A stretch of DNA of 64,000 nt from an uncultured Chloroflexia bacterium (GCA_963828165.1 CAWHDR010000001.1:1568001-1632000), one strand, 5' to 3'. Counted from the first letter of the stretch, positions 32,813 through 42,995 are shown. Notes: generated by a model from the letters alone, not told the origin. Made by a program: numbers and translations.

Positions 32813-34168
32813 TTGCACAAGACCCTCGCCGCCCTGTTCCTCGCCGTGACGGCCGCTGTCGGAACGTTCGCCATGCCCGCCACCGCGCGTGCCGCCCAGA
32901 CGTCCGATGCCAAGGTCGTGATCATCGTCGGGGCGACACACGGCGCGACGTCGGACTACCGCTCCAAGGCTGATCAGGCCTACGCGGAAGCGAAGCGGCA
33001 CACGCCGAACGTTTACAAGGTCTACAGCCCCAACGCCACGTGGTCGAAGGTCAAGAGCGCAACGGTCAACGCATCGGTGGTCATCTACTTCGGCCACGGC
33101 AACGGCTGGCCCAGCCCGTATCCGAAGGATTCCGCGTACACGACCAAGGACGGGTTCGGCCTGAACGCGACCGCGGGCAACGGCGACAACAACACCAAGT
33201 ACTACGGCGAGCCCTACGTTTCCACGCTCGATCTGGCGCCGAATGCGGTCGTGCTGCTCCATCACCTCTGCTACGCGTCGGGCAACTCGGAGCCCGGGCA
33301 CGCGGCGCCCACCCGATCGGTCGCCAAGCAGCGTGTCGACAACTACGGGGCGGGCTTCCTGCGGGCCGGCGTGAGCGCTGTGATCGCCGACGGCCACCGC
33401 GGAGCGGTCGACTACCTGCGCGCTCTGTTCACCACCGACCAGCGCCTGGTCGACCTGTGGCGCACCCAGCCGAACTACCACGGCAACGAGTTCTCCTTCG
33501 CGTCCACGCGGACGTCGGGCAAGACCGCGCTCATGGATCCGGACACGTCGACGTCGGGCTACTACCGGTCGATGGTCGGTAACCCGAACGTGACGACGAC
33601 CCAGGTTCTCAGTGGCGCTCCGGCGACTCCGCCTCCGCCGGCCTATGCCGTCATGAGCGTCTTCAGCGACCTCGGGAAGTCCAAGTTCGTGGGATCCATC
33701 CAGTGGATCTACGACGAGAAGATCACGAACGGCTGCACGGACACCCGCTACTGCCCGGTGTCCGCCGTCACCCGCGGCCAGATGGCCAGCTTCATCGCCC
33801 GGGCGATGCAGCTCCCAGCGGCCACCAAGGACTACTTCAGCGACGACAACGGGAAGACGCACGAAGCCGACATCAACAAGATCGCCGAGGCCGGCCTGAC
33901 TGTCGGCTGCGCGCCCGGCCTCTATTGCCGGAGCGACTCCGTCAATCGTGCCCAGATGGCGGCGTTCCTCGCCCGTGCGCTGGACCTACCCGCCGCGACC
34001 AAGGACTACTTCAACGACGACAACAGCTTCTCGCTCGAGCCTGAGATCAACGCCGCCGCTGAGGCCGGCCTGACGGGTGGCTGCGGGGACAACCGCTACT
34101 GCCCATCGGCCGCGGTCACCCGCGAGCAGATGGCGGCGTTCATCCTGCGAGCCTTCAAGCCCGACTGA
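32813..34168 (+). CDS. Secreted protein with three SLH-like repeats and a putative clan CD peptidase-like N-terminal domain
   Basis: Signal peptide; IYFGHG and LHHLCYA motifs; C-terminal GC-x4-YC...TRGQMA/NRAQMA/TREQMA repeats. Confidence 0.78.
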   Translation: MHKTLAALFLAVTAAVGTFAMPATARAAQTSDAKVVIIVGATHGATSDYRSKADQAYAEAKRHTPNVYKVYSPNATWSKVKSATVNASVVIYFGHGNGWPSPYPKDSAYTTKDGFGLNATAGNGDNNTKYYGEPYVSTLDLAPNAVVLLHHLCYASGNSEPGHAAPTRSVAKQRVDNYGAGFLRAGVSAVIADGHRGAVDYLRALFTTDQRLVDLWRTQPNYHGNEFSFASTRTSGKTALMDPDTSTSGYYRSMVGNPNVTTTQVLSGAPATPPPPAYAVMSVFSDLGKSKFVGSIQWIYDEKITNGCTDTRYCPVSAVTRGQMASFIARAMQLPAATKDYFSDDNGKTHEADINKIAEAGLTVGCAPGLYCRSDSVNRAQMAAFLARALDLPAATKDYFNDDNSFSLEPEINAAAEAGLTGGCGDNRYCPSAAVTREQMAAFILRAFKPD

Positions 34169-34298
34169 GTCGCGGACGGCGGGACGACCACACCCGATCC
34201 CACCGGACTACCCTGTACCAGTCGCGAACGGGACCTTTGTCCGGTTGCCCGCGCTTGACCGTCCGCCCTATGGTTTGGAACCCGTCACCGAGGCTGTC

Positions 34299-36530
34299 TT
34301 GACGTTCGTCCGTCGCCGCCACGCCACGAATCTCCTCGTATTCCTGCTGCTGGCGACGTCCGCGATTCCGGTCGCAGCCGCGAATCCGATCACTGACCCC
34401 GCGCCCACCGCGCCGGCCCTCGGTGCCGCCCGCGTCGCTCCCGCCGAGCAGCCCTCGAGCCCGGGGGACGACGCCGGTCTCCGCTCGAGCATCCACTGGG
34501 AAGAGATCCAGAAGCACGCGAACGACAAGATCGATTTCGCGCCGGGCGGCCGGGTCACGGTGCCGTTCCGGCCACGTGCACACGATCGATGGAGCGTCGG
34601 CGGCGTCCTTCCCCGCGCCCTCCCCGAGGGTCGGCTCTCGGGTCGTCAGCTCCGCGACGCTCTGAAGCCGACGACCGCCGCCGATCCTGCGTCAACCCCG
34701 GCGCCGGAGGCCGAGCCGGCACCCGCGGTCGAGCCGACGCCGACGGTCGCGCCGACCGAAGCGCCGACTGAAGCGCCCACGGAAGCGCCCACCGACCCGA
34801 GCCTGGACCCATCGACGGAGCCGACGGCAACCCCGGCGGCCACCGACACGCCCGTCGACCAGCCAGTCGTCGACGAGGGCGAGGCCATTCCGGCGGAGGG
34901 CGTCTCCTGGTCGCCCGACCACGCAGCCGAGAGTCTCACGGAGCCCGCCGCGGCCATCTCCCCGAGCGGCCTGAAGCGCGAAGTCTTCGGCTTCCTGCCG
35001 TACTGGGAAGTCAGCGACAGCTCGACCACGATCGACTACTCGAAGGTCTCGACGATCGCCTACTTCGGCATCGGCGCGGCCGCCGACGGCACGTTCGAGA
35101 AGACCGGCCCGGGCTGGAGTGGCTGGACGAGCTCGGCCCTGACCAACGTCATCAACAAGGCCCATCAGAACAAGACGCGCGTCGTGTTGACGGTGCAGAG
35201 CTTCGCCTGGTCGTCCGGCGGCTCCACGAAGCAAAAGGCGCTCCTCGGCAGCAGCACCGCCCGTGCCAGGCTCGCCAAGACCATCGCCATCGCGGTCCGT
35301 GACCGCGGCGCCGATGGCGTGAACCTCGACTTCGAGCCCCTTGCCGCCGGCTACGCCGACGAATTCGTCGCGCTCGTGAGGCGCGTTCGGACGGAGCTCA
35401 ACGCCGTCGCCAAGGGCTACCAGCTGACCTTCGACACGACCGGTTACATCGGCAACTACCCGCTCGAGGCCGCCACCGCCGCGGGCGGCGCCGATGCCAT
35501 CTTCATCATGGGCTACGACTACCGCTCGTCGGGCTCGAGCCCCGTTGGCTCGATCGCCCCGATGGGTGGAGCCGCCTACGACATCGTCGACACGGTCAAG
35601 GCCTACACGGCGCGCGTGCCGGCATCCAAGCTGATCCTCGGCGTGCCCTACTACGGCCGCGCCTGGTCCACGGACACCGACAAGCTGAACGCCAAGAACA
35701 CCAGCGGCACGAAGTACGGCTCGTCGACAACGGTGATCTACGACAGCGGCATCGTGGTCCTGCAGGAACACGGCAAACGCCGCGATAACGTCGAAGACGT
35801 GGCCTGGACGGCCTACCGCCGCGAGAACTGTTCGAGCACGTACGGCTGCGTGACGTCGTGGCGGCAGCTGTACATGGACGATGCCTATTCGCTACGCGTC
35901 AAGTACGACCTCGTGAATAACTACGGTCTGCGCGGGGCGGGGATCTGGGCGCTGGGCTACGACAACGCTCGCCCCGAGCTGTGGGCCGCGATCAAGGATA
36001 AGTTCGTGGCCACGACGCCTTTCACGGACGTCAACGGCTTCGCCACCGAGATCGAGTGGCTGTACAAGTCCGGCATCACGGCCGGTTGCGAACCGACCCT
36101 GTTCTGCCCCAAGGGCAAGGTCACGCGCGCCCAGATGGCGATGTTCCTGGACCGCGCGCTGGACCTGCCGGCGGCGACGGTCGACTACTTCGACGACGAC
36201 GACGGCAAGACCGGCGAAGGCAGCATCAACGCCCTGGCCAGGGCCAAGATCACGGGCGGCTGCGGGCCGCGCCGCTTCTGCCCGAGCGCCAGTGTCACGC
36301 GCGCCCAGATGGCGATGTTCCTGGACCGCGCCCTGGCCCTGCCCAACGCCACGACCGACTACTTCGACGACGACGACGGCCGGACCGGCGAAGGCAGCAT
36401 CAACGCCCTCGCCCTGTCCAAGATCACCGGTGGCTGCGGCGAACGGCGCTACTGCCCGACGAGCTCGGTCACGCGCGAGCAGATGGCCGCCTTCCTGTAC
36501 CGCGCCCACCTGCAGGGCCGCCTCGACTGA
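34299..36530 (+). CDS. Glycoside hydrolase family 18 protein with SLH-like repeats
   Basis: Signal peptide, Pro/Thr linker, DGVNLDFE, IMGYD, GVPYYGR, GIWALG; three TRAQMA/TREQMA repeats. Start codon uncertain. Confidence 0.87.
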   Translation: MTFVRRRHATNLLVFLLLATSAIPVAAANPITDPAPTAPALGAARVAPAEQPSSPGDDAGLRSSIHWEEIQKHANDKIDFAPGGRVTVPFRPRAHDRWSVGGVLPRALPEGRLSGRQLRDALKPTTAADPASTPAPEAEPAPAVEPTPTVAPTEAPTEAPTEAPTDPSLDPSTEPTATPAATDTPVDQPVVDEGEAIPAEGVSWSPDHAAESLTEPAAAISPSGLKREVFGFLPYWEVSDSSTTIDYSKVSTIAYFGIGAAADGTFEKTGPGWSGWTSSALTNVINKAHQNKTRVVLTVQSFAWSSGGSTKQKALLGSSTARARLAKTIAIAVRDRGADGVNLDFEPLAAGYADEFVALVRRVRTELNAVAKGYQLTFDTTGYIGNYPLEAATAAGGADAIFIMGYDYRSSGSSPVGSIAPMGGAAYDIVDTVKAYTARVPASKLILGVPYYGRAWSTDTDKLNAKNTSGTKYGSSTTVIYDSGIVVLQEHGKRRDNVEDVAWTAYRRENCSSTYGCVTSWRQLYMDDAYSLRVKYDLVNNYGLRGAGIWALGYDNARPELWAAIKDKFVATTPFTDVNGFATEIEWLYKSGITAGCEPTLFCPKGKVTRAQMAMFLDRALDLPAATVDYFDDDDGKTGEGSINALARAKITGGCGPRRFCPSASVTRAQMAMFLDRALALPNATTDYFDDDDGRTGEGSINALALSKITGGCGERRYCPTSSVTREQMAAFLYRAHLQGRLD

Positions 36531-36553
36531 GGAGCGCGGCTACACTGCCGTCG

Positions 36554-37204
36554 ATGATCGACCCCGCCGCGCGTGTCCATGCGTCCGCCGAGCTCGAGGA
36601 CGGCGTCACTGTCGGGGCCGGCAGCGCGATCTGGCAGCGGGCGCAGGTCCGAACCGGCGCGCGCATCGGTAGCGAGTGCGTGATCGGGCGCGACGCGTTC
36701 ATCGACCAGGGCGTCGAGATCGGCGACCGCGTGAAGATCCAGAACGGAGCGCTCGTCTACCACGGCGTCACGGTCGCCGACGGGGTGTTCATCGGCCCTG
36801 GCGCGATCCTCACCAACGACCGTTACCCGCGGTCGATCACCGCCGAGGGCGAGCTGGCCCGGGCCGACGACTGGGAGGTCATCCCGATCCGCCTCGAGCA
36901 CGGCAGCTCGATCGGCGCGGGCGCCATCGTCGTCGCCGGGTGTGACGTCGGGCCGTTCGCGATGGTGGGCGCCGGAGCCGTCGTGACGCGCACGGTCCCC
37001 GGGCACGCGCTGGTTGCCGGGAGCCCCGCGAAGCGGATCGGCTGGGTCTGTGCCTGTGGCGACCGGCTCATGGACTCCGAGGGGCATCCCGCGCCGGCGG
37101 AGATCGGGCGCTACACGACGGACCCGGAGCTCACGTGCGCGCGCTGCGGCCGCCACTACGCCTACGAACGCACGGGCGACACGCTCCGCGAGGCGACCGC
37201 GTGA
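36554..37204 (+). CDS. Hexapeptide-repeat N-acetyltransferase (WbpD-like)
   Basis: VKIQN, VFIGP...TND.YPR, AGSPAKRIGWVCACG with C-terminal CxxC. Confidence 0.88.
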   Translation: MIDPAARVHASAELEDGVTVGAGSAIWQRAQVRTGARIGSECVIGRDAFIDQGVEIGDRVKIQNGALVYHGVTVADGVFIGPGAILTNDRYPRSITAEGELARADDWEVIPIRLEHGSSIGAGAIVVAGCDVGPFAMVGAGAVVTRTVPGHALVAGSPAKRIGWVCACGDRLMDSEGHPAPAEIGRYTTDPELTCARCGRHYAYERTGDTLREATA

Positions 37205-38301
37205 TCCCGGTCGCTCGTCCCGACATCGATGACGCCGAGATCGCCGCCGTCACCGAGGTCCTGCGCAGCGGGATGCTGGCCGGAGGCCGCCGGGTCGCGG
37301 AGCTGGAGGAACGATGGGCGGCGTTCATCGGCGTCCGCCACGCGATCGCGGTGAGCAACGGGACCGTTGCCGAGATGTGCATCTTCGCGGGCATGGACCT
37401 GGAGCCCGGCGACGAGGTCATCACCGTCGGCCACACCTTCAATGCGACGGTGTCATCGATCCTGTACGCGGGTGCCACGCCGGTGTTCGTGGACATCGAC
37501 CCCGAGACCTACGACATCGACCCGGACCGGGTGGCCGCGGCCATCACGCCCCGGACGAAGGCCATCTGCCCGGTCCACCTGTTCGGCCTGCCGGCCGACA
37601 TGGACCCGCTCCTGGAGCTCGCCGACCGCCACGGCCTCGCCATCGTCGAGGACGCCTGCCAGGCCCACGGCGCCGAATACCGCGGGCGGCGGGTCGGAAG
37701 CTTCGGGCACGGCGCGTTCAGCCTGTACGGCACCAAGAACATGACGACGGGCGAGGGCGGTCTCATCACGACCGATGACGACGCCCTGGCCGACTGGATC
37801 CGGCTGTACCGCAACCAGGGCATGCGCGAGCGCTACCGCCACGACATCCTGGGCTACAACTTCCGCCTGACCGATGTCGCGGCCGCGATCGGCCTGTGCC
37901 AGCTCGACAAGCTCGAGCGGAACACCGCCCGTCGCCAGGCGATCGCGAAGCGCTACGACGAGGCCCTGGCGGACCTGCCGGTCGTCGTCCCGAGCGTGCC
38001 CGCCGACCGGACGCACGTCTACCACCAGTACACCCTCGACGTCGGGCCCGCACGCGACGCGATCGTGGCCGACCTCGCCGCGGCCGGAGTCTCGACCGGG
38101 ATCTACTACCCGATCCCCGTCCATCGCCAGCCGTACGTGCTGGCGCTCGGCATCCGCGCCGACCTGCCGGTCACGGACCGCGCCGCTGCGCGCAGCCTCT
38201 CGCTGCCGATGTTCCCGGGCCTCACCGGCGACGACCAGACGACCGTGATCGAGGCGGTCCGTGCCGTCGTCGGGCGGCACGCGGCCATCGCCGAACGATG
38301 A
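37201..38301 (+). CDS. DegT/DnrJ/EryC1/StrS aminotransferase (WbpE-like)
   Basis: PVHLFG, EDACQAHGA, FSLYGTKNMTTGEGG, GYNFRL. Confidence 0.92.
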   Translation: MIPVARPDIDDAEIAAVTEVLRSGMLAGGRRVAELEERWAAFIGVRHAIAVSNGTVAEMCIFAGMDLEPGDEVITVGHTFNATVSSILYAGATPVFVDIDPETYDIDPDRVAAAITPRTKAICPVHLFGLPADMDPLLELADRHGLAIVEDACQAHGAEYRGRRVGSFGHGAFSLYGTKNMTTGEGGLITTDDDALADWIRLYRNQGMRERYRHDILGYNFRLTDVAAAIGLCQLDKLERNTARRQAIAKRYDEALADLPVVVPSVPADRTHVYHQYTLDVGPARDAIVADLAAAGVSTGIYYPIPVHRQPYVLALGIRADLPVTDRAAARSLSLPMFPGLTGDDQTTVIEAVRAVVGRHAAIAER

Positions 38302-39335
38302 GCGGCTGGGAGCCCATCGGCGAGCGCCCGGCGCGAGTCGGGCTGATCGGTCTTGGGGCGATGGGGCGGAATCACCTGCGGCTGCTGAGCGCCCGCGAGG
38401 ACGTCGAGCTCGTGGCGATCTCGGATCCGCTCCCCGAGGCGCTGGAGGCGGCACGCGGGACGACCGATGCCAAGGTCTACGTCGAGCCGCGGGACATGCT
38501 CGGCAACGACGCCCTTGATGCCGTCGTCATCGCCTCGCCGACGACGACCCACCTTGGGCTCGGGCTCGCCGCCGTCGAGCGTGGGGTCGCCGCGCTCATC
38601 GAGAAGCCGCTTGCGGCGACCCCGCAGGAGGCCGACGGCCTGGTCATGGCCTCGGGCGAGACCGGCGTGCCGATCCAGGTCGGCCATGTCGAGCAATTCA
38701 ACCCGGCGGTGCTGGAGCTTGGCCGCCTCCTGGATGACGGCTGGCTCTCGACGGTCTACGCCATCACGAGCCGTCGCGCCGGCCCGTTCCCGGCGCGCAT
38801 CCGCGACGTGGGGGTGACCATCGATCTCGCGACCCACGACGTCGACATCCTGTCGTTCGTCGCGGCCGAGCGGCCGACCCGCGTCTCGGCCGAGACCGCC
38901 CAGCGCGTCCACCAGGACCACGAGGATCTGCTGTTCGGACTCCTGTCGTTTCCCTCGGGTTCGGTCGGGATGCTCCACGTCGACTGGCTGACGCCGGCCA
39001 AGCGCCGGACGCTGACCGTGGTCGGCGAGGAGGGCATGTTCGAGCTCGATTACCTCAGCCAGCGGCTGACCTTCACGCGCTCGACCGATACGACGAACCC
39101 GCACCTGATCCGCGGATATGCCCCGACGTTCGAGGGCGAATCGGTCGAGCTGCCACTTGCGAGCGGGGAGCCGCTGGCCGCCGAGCTGGACGCGTTCTTC
39201 ACCGTCGTTCGAGAGGGCGGTCGCCCGGTCGTCAACGTGGAGGACGGGCGCTGGGCGGTGGTCGTCGCGGATGCCCTGCTGCGCGCGGCGCGCGAGCGCC
39301 GGACCGTCGAGCTCGACGAGGTCCTGGCAACGTGA
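38298..39335 (+). CDS. Gfo/Idh/MocA oxidoreductase (WbpB-like)
   Basis: GLGAMGRNH, EKP, VGHVEQFNP, DLATHDVD. Confidence 0.88.
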   Translation: MSGWEPIGERPARVGLIGLGAMGRNHLRLLSAREDVELVAISDPLPEALEAARGTTDAKVYVEPRDMLGNDALDAVVIASPTTTHLGLGLAAVERGVAALIEKPLAATPQEADGLVMASGETGVPIQVGHVEQFNPAVLELGRLLDDGWLSTVYAITSRRAGPFPARIRDVGVTIDLATHDVDILSFVAAERPTRVSAETAQRVHQDHEDLLFGLLSFPSGSVGMLHVDWLTPAKRRTLTVVGEEGMFELDYLSQRLTFTRSTDTTNPHLIRGYAPTFEGESVELPLASGEPLAAELDAFFTVVREGGRPVVNVEDGRWAVVVADALLRAARERRTVELDEVLAT

Positions 39336-40745
39336 CGATCACCGACCGGCCGTCCAGCACCGCTGACCTCACCGGCGGCTCAATCACGTCCGAGCCGAAC
39401 CCGTGCCGCCACCCGTTCGCGCGGCCCGTGCGGCCGTGGCGCGGTGAACCCGGAACGGCAGGGATCGTGGCGGTGGTCGGGGCGGGGAAGATGGGCCTGC
39501 CGCTCGCCGCGCAATTCGCGTCGCACGGGTGGGACGTCATCGCGGTCGACATCGACGAGGCGGTCGTGGCCGCGATCAACGAGGGTCGCTCGCATGTCGA
39601 CGAGGAGCCCGGCCTCGCGGAGCTCGTGGCGACCGCTCACGGCGACGGCATGCTGCGTGCGACGACGGACGGCGCGGCGGCCGCGCGCGAGGCCGACGTC
39701 GTCGTGCTCATCGTGCCGGTGATGCTGGACGCGGAGTCGCGGCCGGACTACCGCCACATGGATGCCGCCACGGACTCGATCGTGCCGGGCATCCATGCCG
39801 GGTCGCTCGTGATCTACGAGACGACGCTCCCCGTCGGGGACACGCGCGGGCGCTACGCTCCGCGCCTGGAGGCGGCCAGCGGGCTGCGCGCCGACGTCGA
39901 CGGCGACAACGGGTTCCTCTTGGCCTTCTCACCGGAGCGGCTGTACAGCGGTGCCGCACTTCGCAATCTGGCGACCTACCCAAAACTTGTCGGCGGCGTT
40001 GGGCCTGCTTCTCGGGACCGCGCCGCCGCGTTCTACGACAGCGTGCTCGATGCCGAGATCGTGGCCATGTCGTCGGCCGAGGCGGCCGAGTTCTCGAAGC
40101 TTGCCGACACGACGTACCGCGACGTGAACATCGCGCTCGCCAACGAGTTCGCGAACTACGCCGACCGGATCGGCGTCGACCTGACCGAGGTGATCGCCGC
40201 GGCCAACAGCCAGCCCTACAGCCACATCCACCAGCCGGGGATCGGTGTCGGTGGCCACTGCATCCCGGTCTACCCGCACTTCCTGCTCGATCGAGCGCCC
40301 GAGCTGTCGCTCGTGGCCCGAGCCCGCGAAGTCAACGACGGCCAGGTCGACGTGGCGATCGAGGCGCTGAAGGCCGAGCTGGGTTCGCTCGACGGTGTCG
40401 GGGTGCTCGTGCTCGGGCTGACGTACCGCCACGGCGTCAAGGAGCTGGCCTACTCACGGGCGCTGCCCCTGATCGAGCAGCTGCGGGCGGCGGGCGCCCA
40501 GGTGCTCGCCTACGACCCCTTGCTCACCGAAGACGAGATCCGCCAAACCGGCGCCGAACCGTGGACTTGGGGAACGCCGGCACCGGGAGTCCGCGCCGTG
40601 GTCACGCAGACAGCCGACCCGAACTGGCAGCAAATTGGATGCGGGCTGGTTCCCGGAGCTACGTGTCGTCCTGGACGGCCGCAATAGCCTCGGCGGCCTC
40701 GCCCTGCCGGATGGCGTGACCCGCCGCGGTATCGGGAGCTCGTAG
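39332..40745 (+). CDS. UDP-N-acetylhexosamine 6-dehydrogenase (WbpA/WecC-like; +1 frameshift near 40635)
   Basis: VGAGKMGLP, FSPERL, YRDVNIALANE, GVGGHCIP. Corrected C-terminus ...VVLDGRNS...GIGSS ends at TAG 40745. Confidence 0.88.
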
Positions 40746-40760
40746 ACGCTCGAGCTGATC

Positions 40761-40785
40761 GTCCGGCGAGATCACGCATTGCGAC
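40761..40785 (+). repeat. Cassette site 0 (right half only) GTCCGGCGAGATCACGCATTGCGAC
   Basis: CACGCATTGCGA is identical to the right half of the last site. Confidence 0.6.
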
Positions 40786-40893
40786 CAACATGCCTTGTAC
40801 CGTGCAGCGTGCGGATTCGCCCTTTCACCGGTTGACGCCAATTGGTCATCGACCCATGCTCAGGCGCAGGATTCCGCCGAGGGAAGTCAACCG

Positions 40894-41010
40894 ATGGTCA
40901 ATGACAGCGGCGCTTTCGCCGTGCCCGTCTACGAGATCGTCCTGGCTGTGCTCGTGGTGGGGCTGGCACTCGCAATTCTTCGAGTCCTGCGACGCCGGGG
41001 AAGGCGATGA
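40894..41010 (+). CDS. Small single-TM protein (38 aa), cassette 1
   Basis: MVNDSGAFAVPVYEIVLAVLVVGLALAILRVLRRRGRR; GAGGGA RBS-like sequence. Confidence 0.5.
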   Translation: MVNDSGAFAVPVYEIVLAVLVVGLALAILRVLRRRGRR

Positions 41011-41101
41011 CCACGACTCCGAGCCGGATGGACTGACAGCCGGCTGCCGTCTCGGGATTCAAACTGAACGCTACCGACACCCTGTGCTCGCTCGACGTCT
41101 A

Positions 41102-41126
41102 GTGTCATTGACGCACGGTTTGCGAC
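41102..41126 (+). repeat. Cassette site 1 GTGTCATTGACGCACGGTTTGCGAC
   Basis: Matches the consensus. Confidence 0.75.
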
Positions 41127-41156
41127 CACTGGTTGATCGGCTGGGGGTGAGCCGCC

Positions 41157-41954
41157 TCACAGCCGTTCGTTAATAGAGCGTACGAACCGTGCGGCCGCAG
41201 ATCGAGTTGGCGCGTCATGGAAGCCGATCTTGCCTCCGGACCGACGACACCCCAGCGCCCTGTCCAGCAGCCACGTGTGTTGGGGCGCGTGTGCCCGGAG
41301 CCACGCCGCGCCCTCCTGCTTCGAGCACGGTTGGCCCGTCCGGATCGTGCAAATCGCTCGGCATTCTGAAAGCACGGCATACGCGAGCGATCCAGGCGAG
41401 AGCGTGTCAAGGTCCTGGGTCGCGAGCCAGCGGGCATAGGAGGCTACGGCTCCGAGGTATTCGGCGTGGCTAATCGGCGGCACCACGTCGGCCGCCGTCC
41501 TGCCCGCCAGGGTGACGCCCGTCTCCCGGACGAGATACCAGTTCTGCAACCAGTCACTCACCGGCCCAGATAGGTGAAACGGCTCCCCTGGGCTGATGAC
41601 TGCCAGATCGGCCTCCGAGGCACGGAAGCCGCGAAGGTCGGCTGATCCGATGTAAACAATCTCCAGCCTGTTCTCCCACGCTGCATGCCGCCTCACGAAC
41701 TCCCGATGGACGTGGTCGAGGGCCTCGAAGTCGAGCGCGGTCGCGGGGTGCGCGGTGACGGCTACGAGATCGATGTCGCTCACGCCGGGGTCGAACCCAC
41801 CCGACACGGCCGATCCATACGCATACAGGCCGACAAGCTCGTTGCCCAGTGCATCAGTCAGGGCATCGGAGAGCACCGCGACGGGGACGTCGGGGTGGAT
41901 CGCTCCAAGCATCGATGCAGCGTCGGCCACGAACCGGACACGGTCAAGCGCCAT
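41157..41954 (-). CDS. Aminoglycoside nucleotidyltransferase-like protein (ANT(3'')/ANT(9)-type NTase plus DUF4111-like C-terminus), cassette 2
   Basis: LVGLYAYGSAVSGGF..SDIDL; GVTLAG; YAVLSECR...CSKQEGAAW. Start uncertain. Confidence 0.78.
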   Translation of the reverse strand: MALDRVRFVADAASMLGAIHPDVPVAVLSDALTDALGNELVGLYAYGSAVSGGFDPGVSDIDLVAVTAHPATALDFEALDHVHREFVRRHAAWENRLEIVYIGSADLRGFRASEADLAVISPGEPFHLSGPVSDWLQNWYLVRETGVTLAGRTAADVVPPISHAEYLGAVASYARWLATQDLDTLSPGSLAYAVLSECRAICTIRTGQPCSKQEGAAWLRAHAPQHTWLLDRALGCRRSGGKIGFHDAPTRSAAARFVRSINERL

Positions 41955-42094
41955 AGCCTGCGACCGCGTCGCGTGAGAGGGGGCGTCTGATGTGCCGACG
42001 ACGAATGAGCGAGACGGGCCGGTGGGCGTGTCCCCCACATCCTGAAGTGAAGGCCGGGACATCGAGCATGGGATCGCCCTCGTGATTCCATCGG

Positions 42095-42119
42095 GTGACA
42101 TTCCCGGACACTTTGCGAC
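42095..42119 (+). repeat. Cassette site 2 GTGACATTCCCGGACACTTTGCGAC
   Basis: Best match to the consensus; imperfect dyad GTnnCA-N13-TGnnAC. Confidence 0.85.
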
Positions 42120-42144
42120 GCTGGCGGCACGTACCATCGCGACG

Positions 42145-42447
42145 ATGGAATGGCTTCCGATCCTCGAGTATCGCGAGTTCTACGACTTGCCTCGCCTGAT
42201 TCTGGTGGAGACTGATGACCGCTTTCTCCTGCTTGACTGCCCGTTCGAGGACGGTTTCGACGATTACGCGGCCGACTTCTTCGTCTACCAGTTGGAGTCC
42301 GACCCTCGCCTGAGTTTCGGAGCCGATTGGAGTGGGCTTCCGGCGACCGGCAGACTTCTCGGGCAGGTGTCAGTCAATTCGATCACGTTCGATTCCACTC
42401 GACGTGAGGCGCTCAAATCGCGCGAGCTGGCGACATTGCTCAGGTGA
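42145..42447 (+). CDS. Small acidic hypothetical protein, cassette 3
   Basis: MEWLPILEYREFYDLPRLILV...LLDCPFEDGFDDY; TACCAT -10 seven nt upstream; stop codon lies inside the next site. Confidence 0.72.
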   Translation: MEWLPILEYREFYDLPRLILVETDDRFLLLDCPFEDGFDDYAADFFVYQLESDPRLSFGADWSGLPATGRLLGQVSVNSITFDSTRREALKSRELATLLR

Positions 42448-42468
42448 CATTGGCGGACACTCACTGAC
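42444..42468 (+). repeat. Cassette site 3 GTGACATTGGCGGACACTCACTGAC
   Basis: Left arm and core match; right arm degenerate. Confidence 0.75.
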
Positions 42469-42581
42469 GCTTGCGTGCCCTGCATCGGAAGGTGTCGACG
42501 ATCGCGACCCGATGAGTCAGGCCCGATTCGGACCGGCCGAGCGCGCCGAGGCGTGGACTCCACAACGGCAGGGCCCGTGGC

Positions 42582-42995
42582 TCAGGTCGTGGCGAACAGT
42601 TCCCCGGTGTATGAGCGGCTGACCCAGAATCCGAGCGCTTCGAGGGCGGCCTCCCGCTCGTCGAGCTCTGCAAGGGTGTCCGCTGCCGGGAACAGGACTC
42701 CGTAGATCCCCAAGGCGTCGACGTCGGTCTCGATCCGTCCTCCGAGCGGTTCGATGGCGCGTTCGAGGTCCGTGCGAGATTTGCCGCCGGAAGGCGCGCC
42801 GGTCATGACGATGAGCGTGCCTCGGGCCATGCAATCGCGGTCGGAATCGCGCATGAACTCTGGCGCCGGACATTCCGCGTCGACCACACGGTGAGGCCAG
42901 CTCGTCGGGCCGAGAGTCACCAAGCTGACGGAAAGGACCACGAGCACCGCTAGGAGCAACGGCGACCTGCCACCGTGCGCGGCCTGCGGAGGCAT
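42582..42995 (-). CDS. Membrane-anchored or exported hypothetical protein, cassette 4
   Basis: Hydrophobic N-terminal helix, Cys pair, small alpha/beta domain. Start uncertain. Confidence 0.55.
   Translation of the reverse strand: MPPQAAHGGRSPLLLAVLVVLSVSLVTLGPTSWPHRVVDAECPAPEFMRDSDRDCMARGTLIVMTGAPSGGKSRTDLERAIEPLGGRIETDVDALGIYGVLFPAADTLAELDEREAALEALGFWVSRSYTGELFATT

Noticed and set aside
34740-34800. Short tandem repeats (APTE here, PT at ~21750, GGGDF at ~48480, GPS at ~51000)
   Set aside because: In-frame low-complexity protein linkers, not phase-variable or non-coding arrays.
36119-36420. ~170-bp internal direct repeat
   Set aside because: Explained by duplicated SLH-like domains of the GH18 protein.
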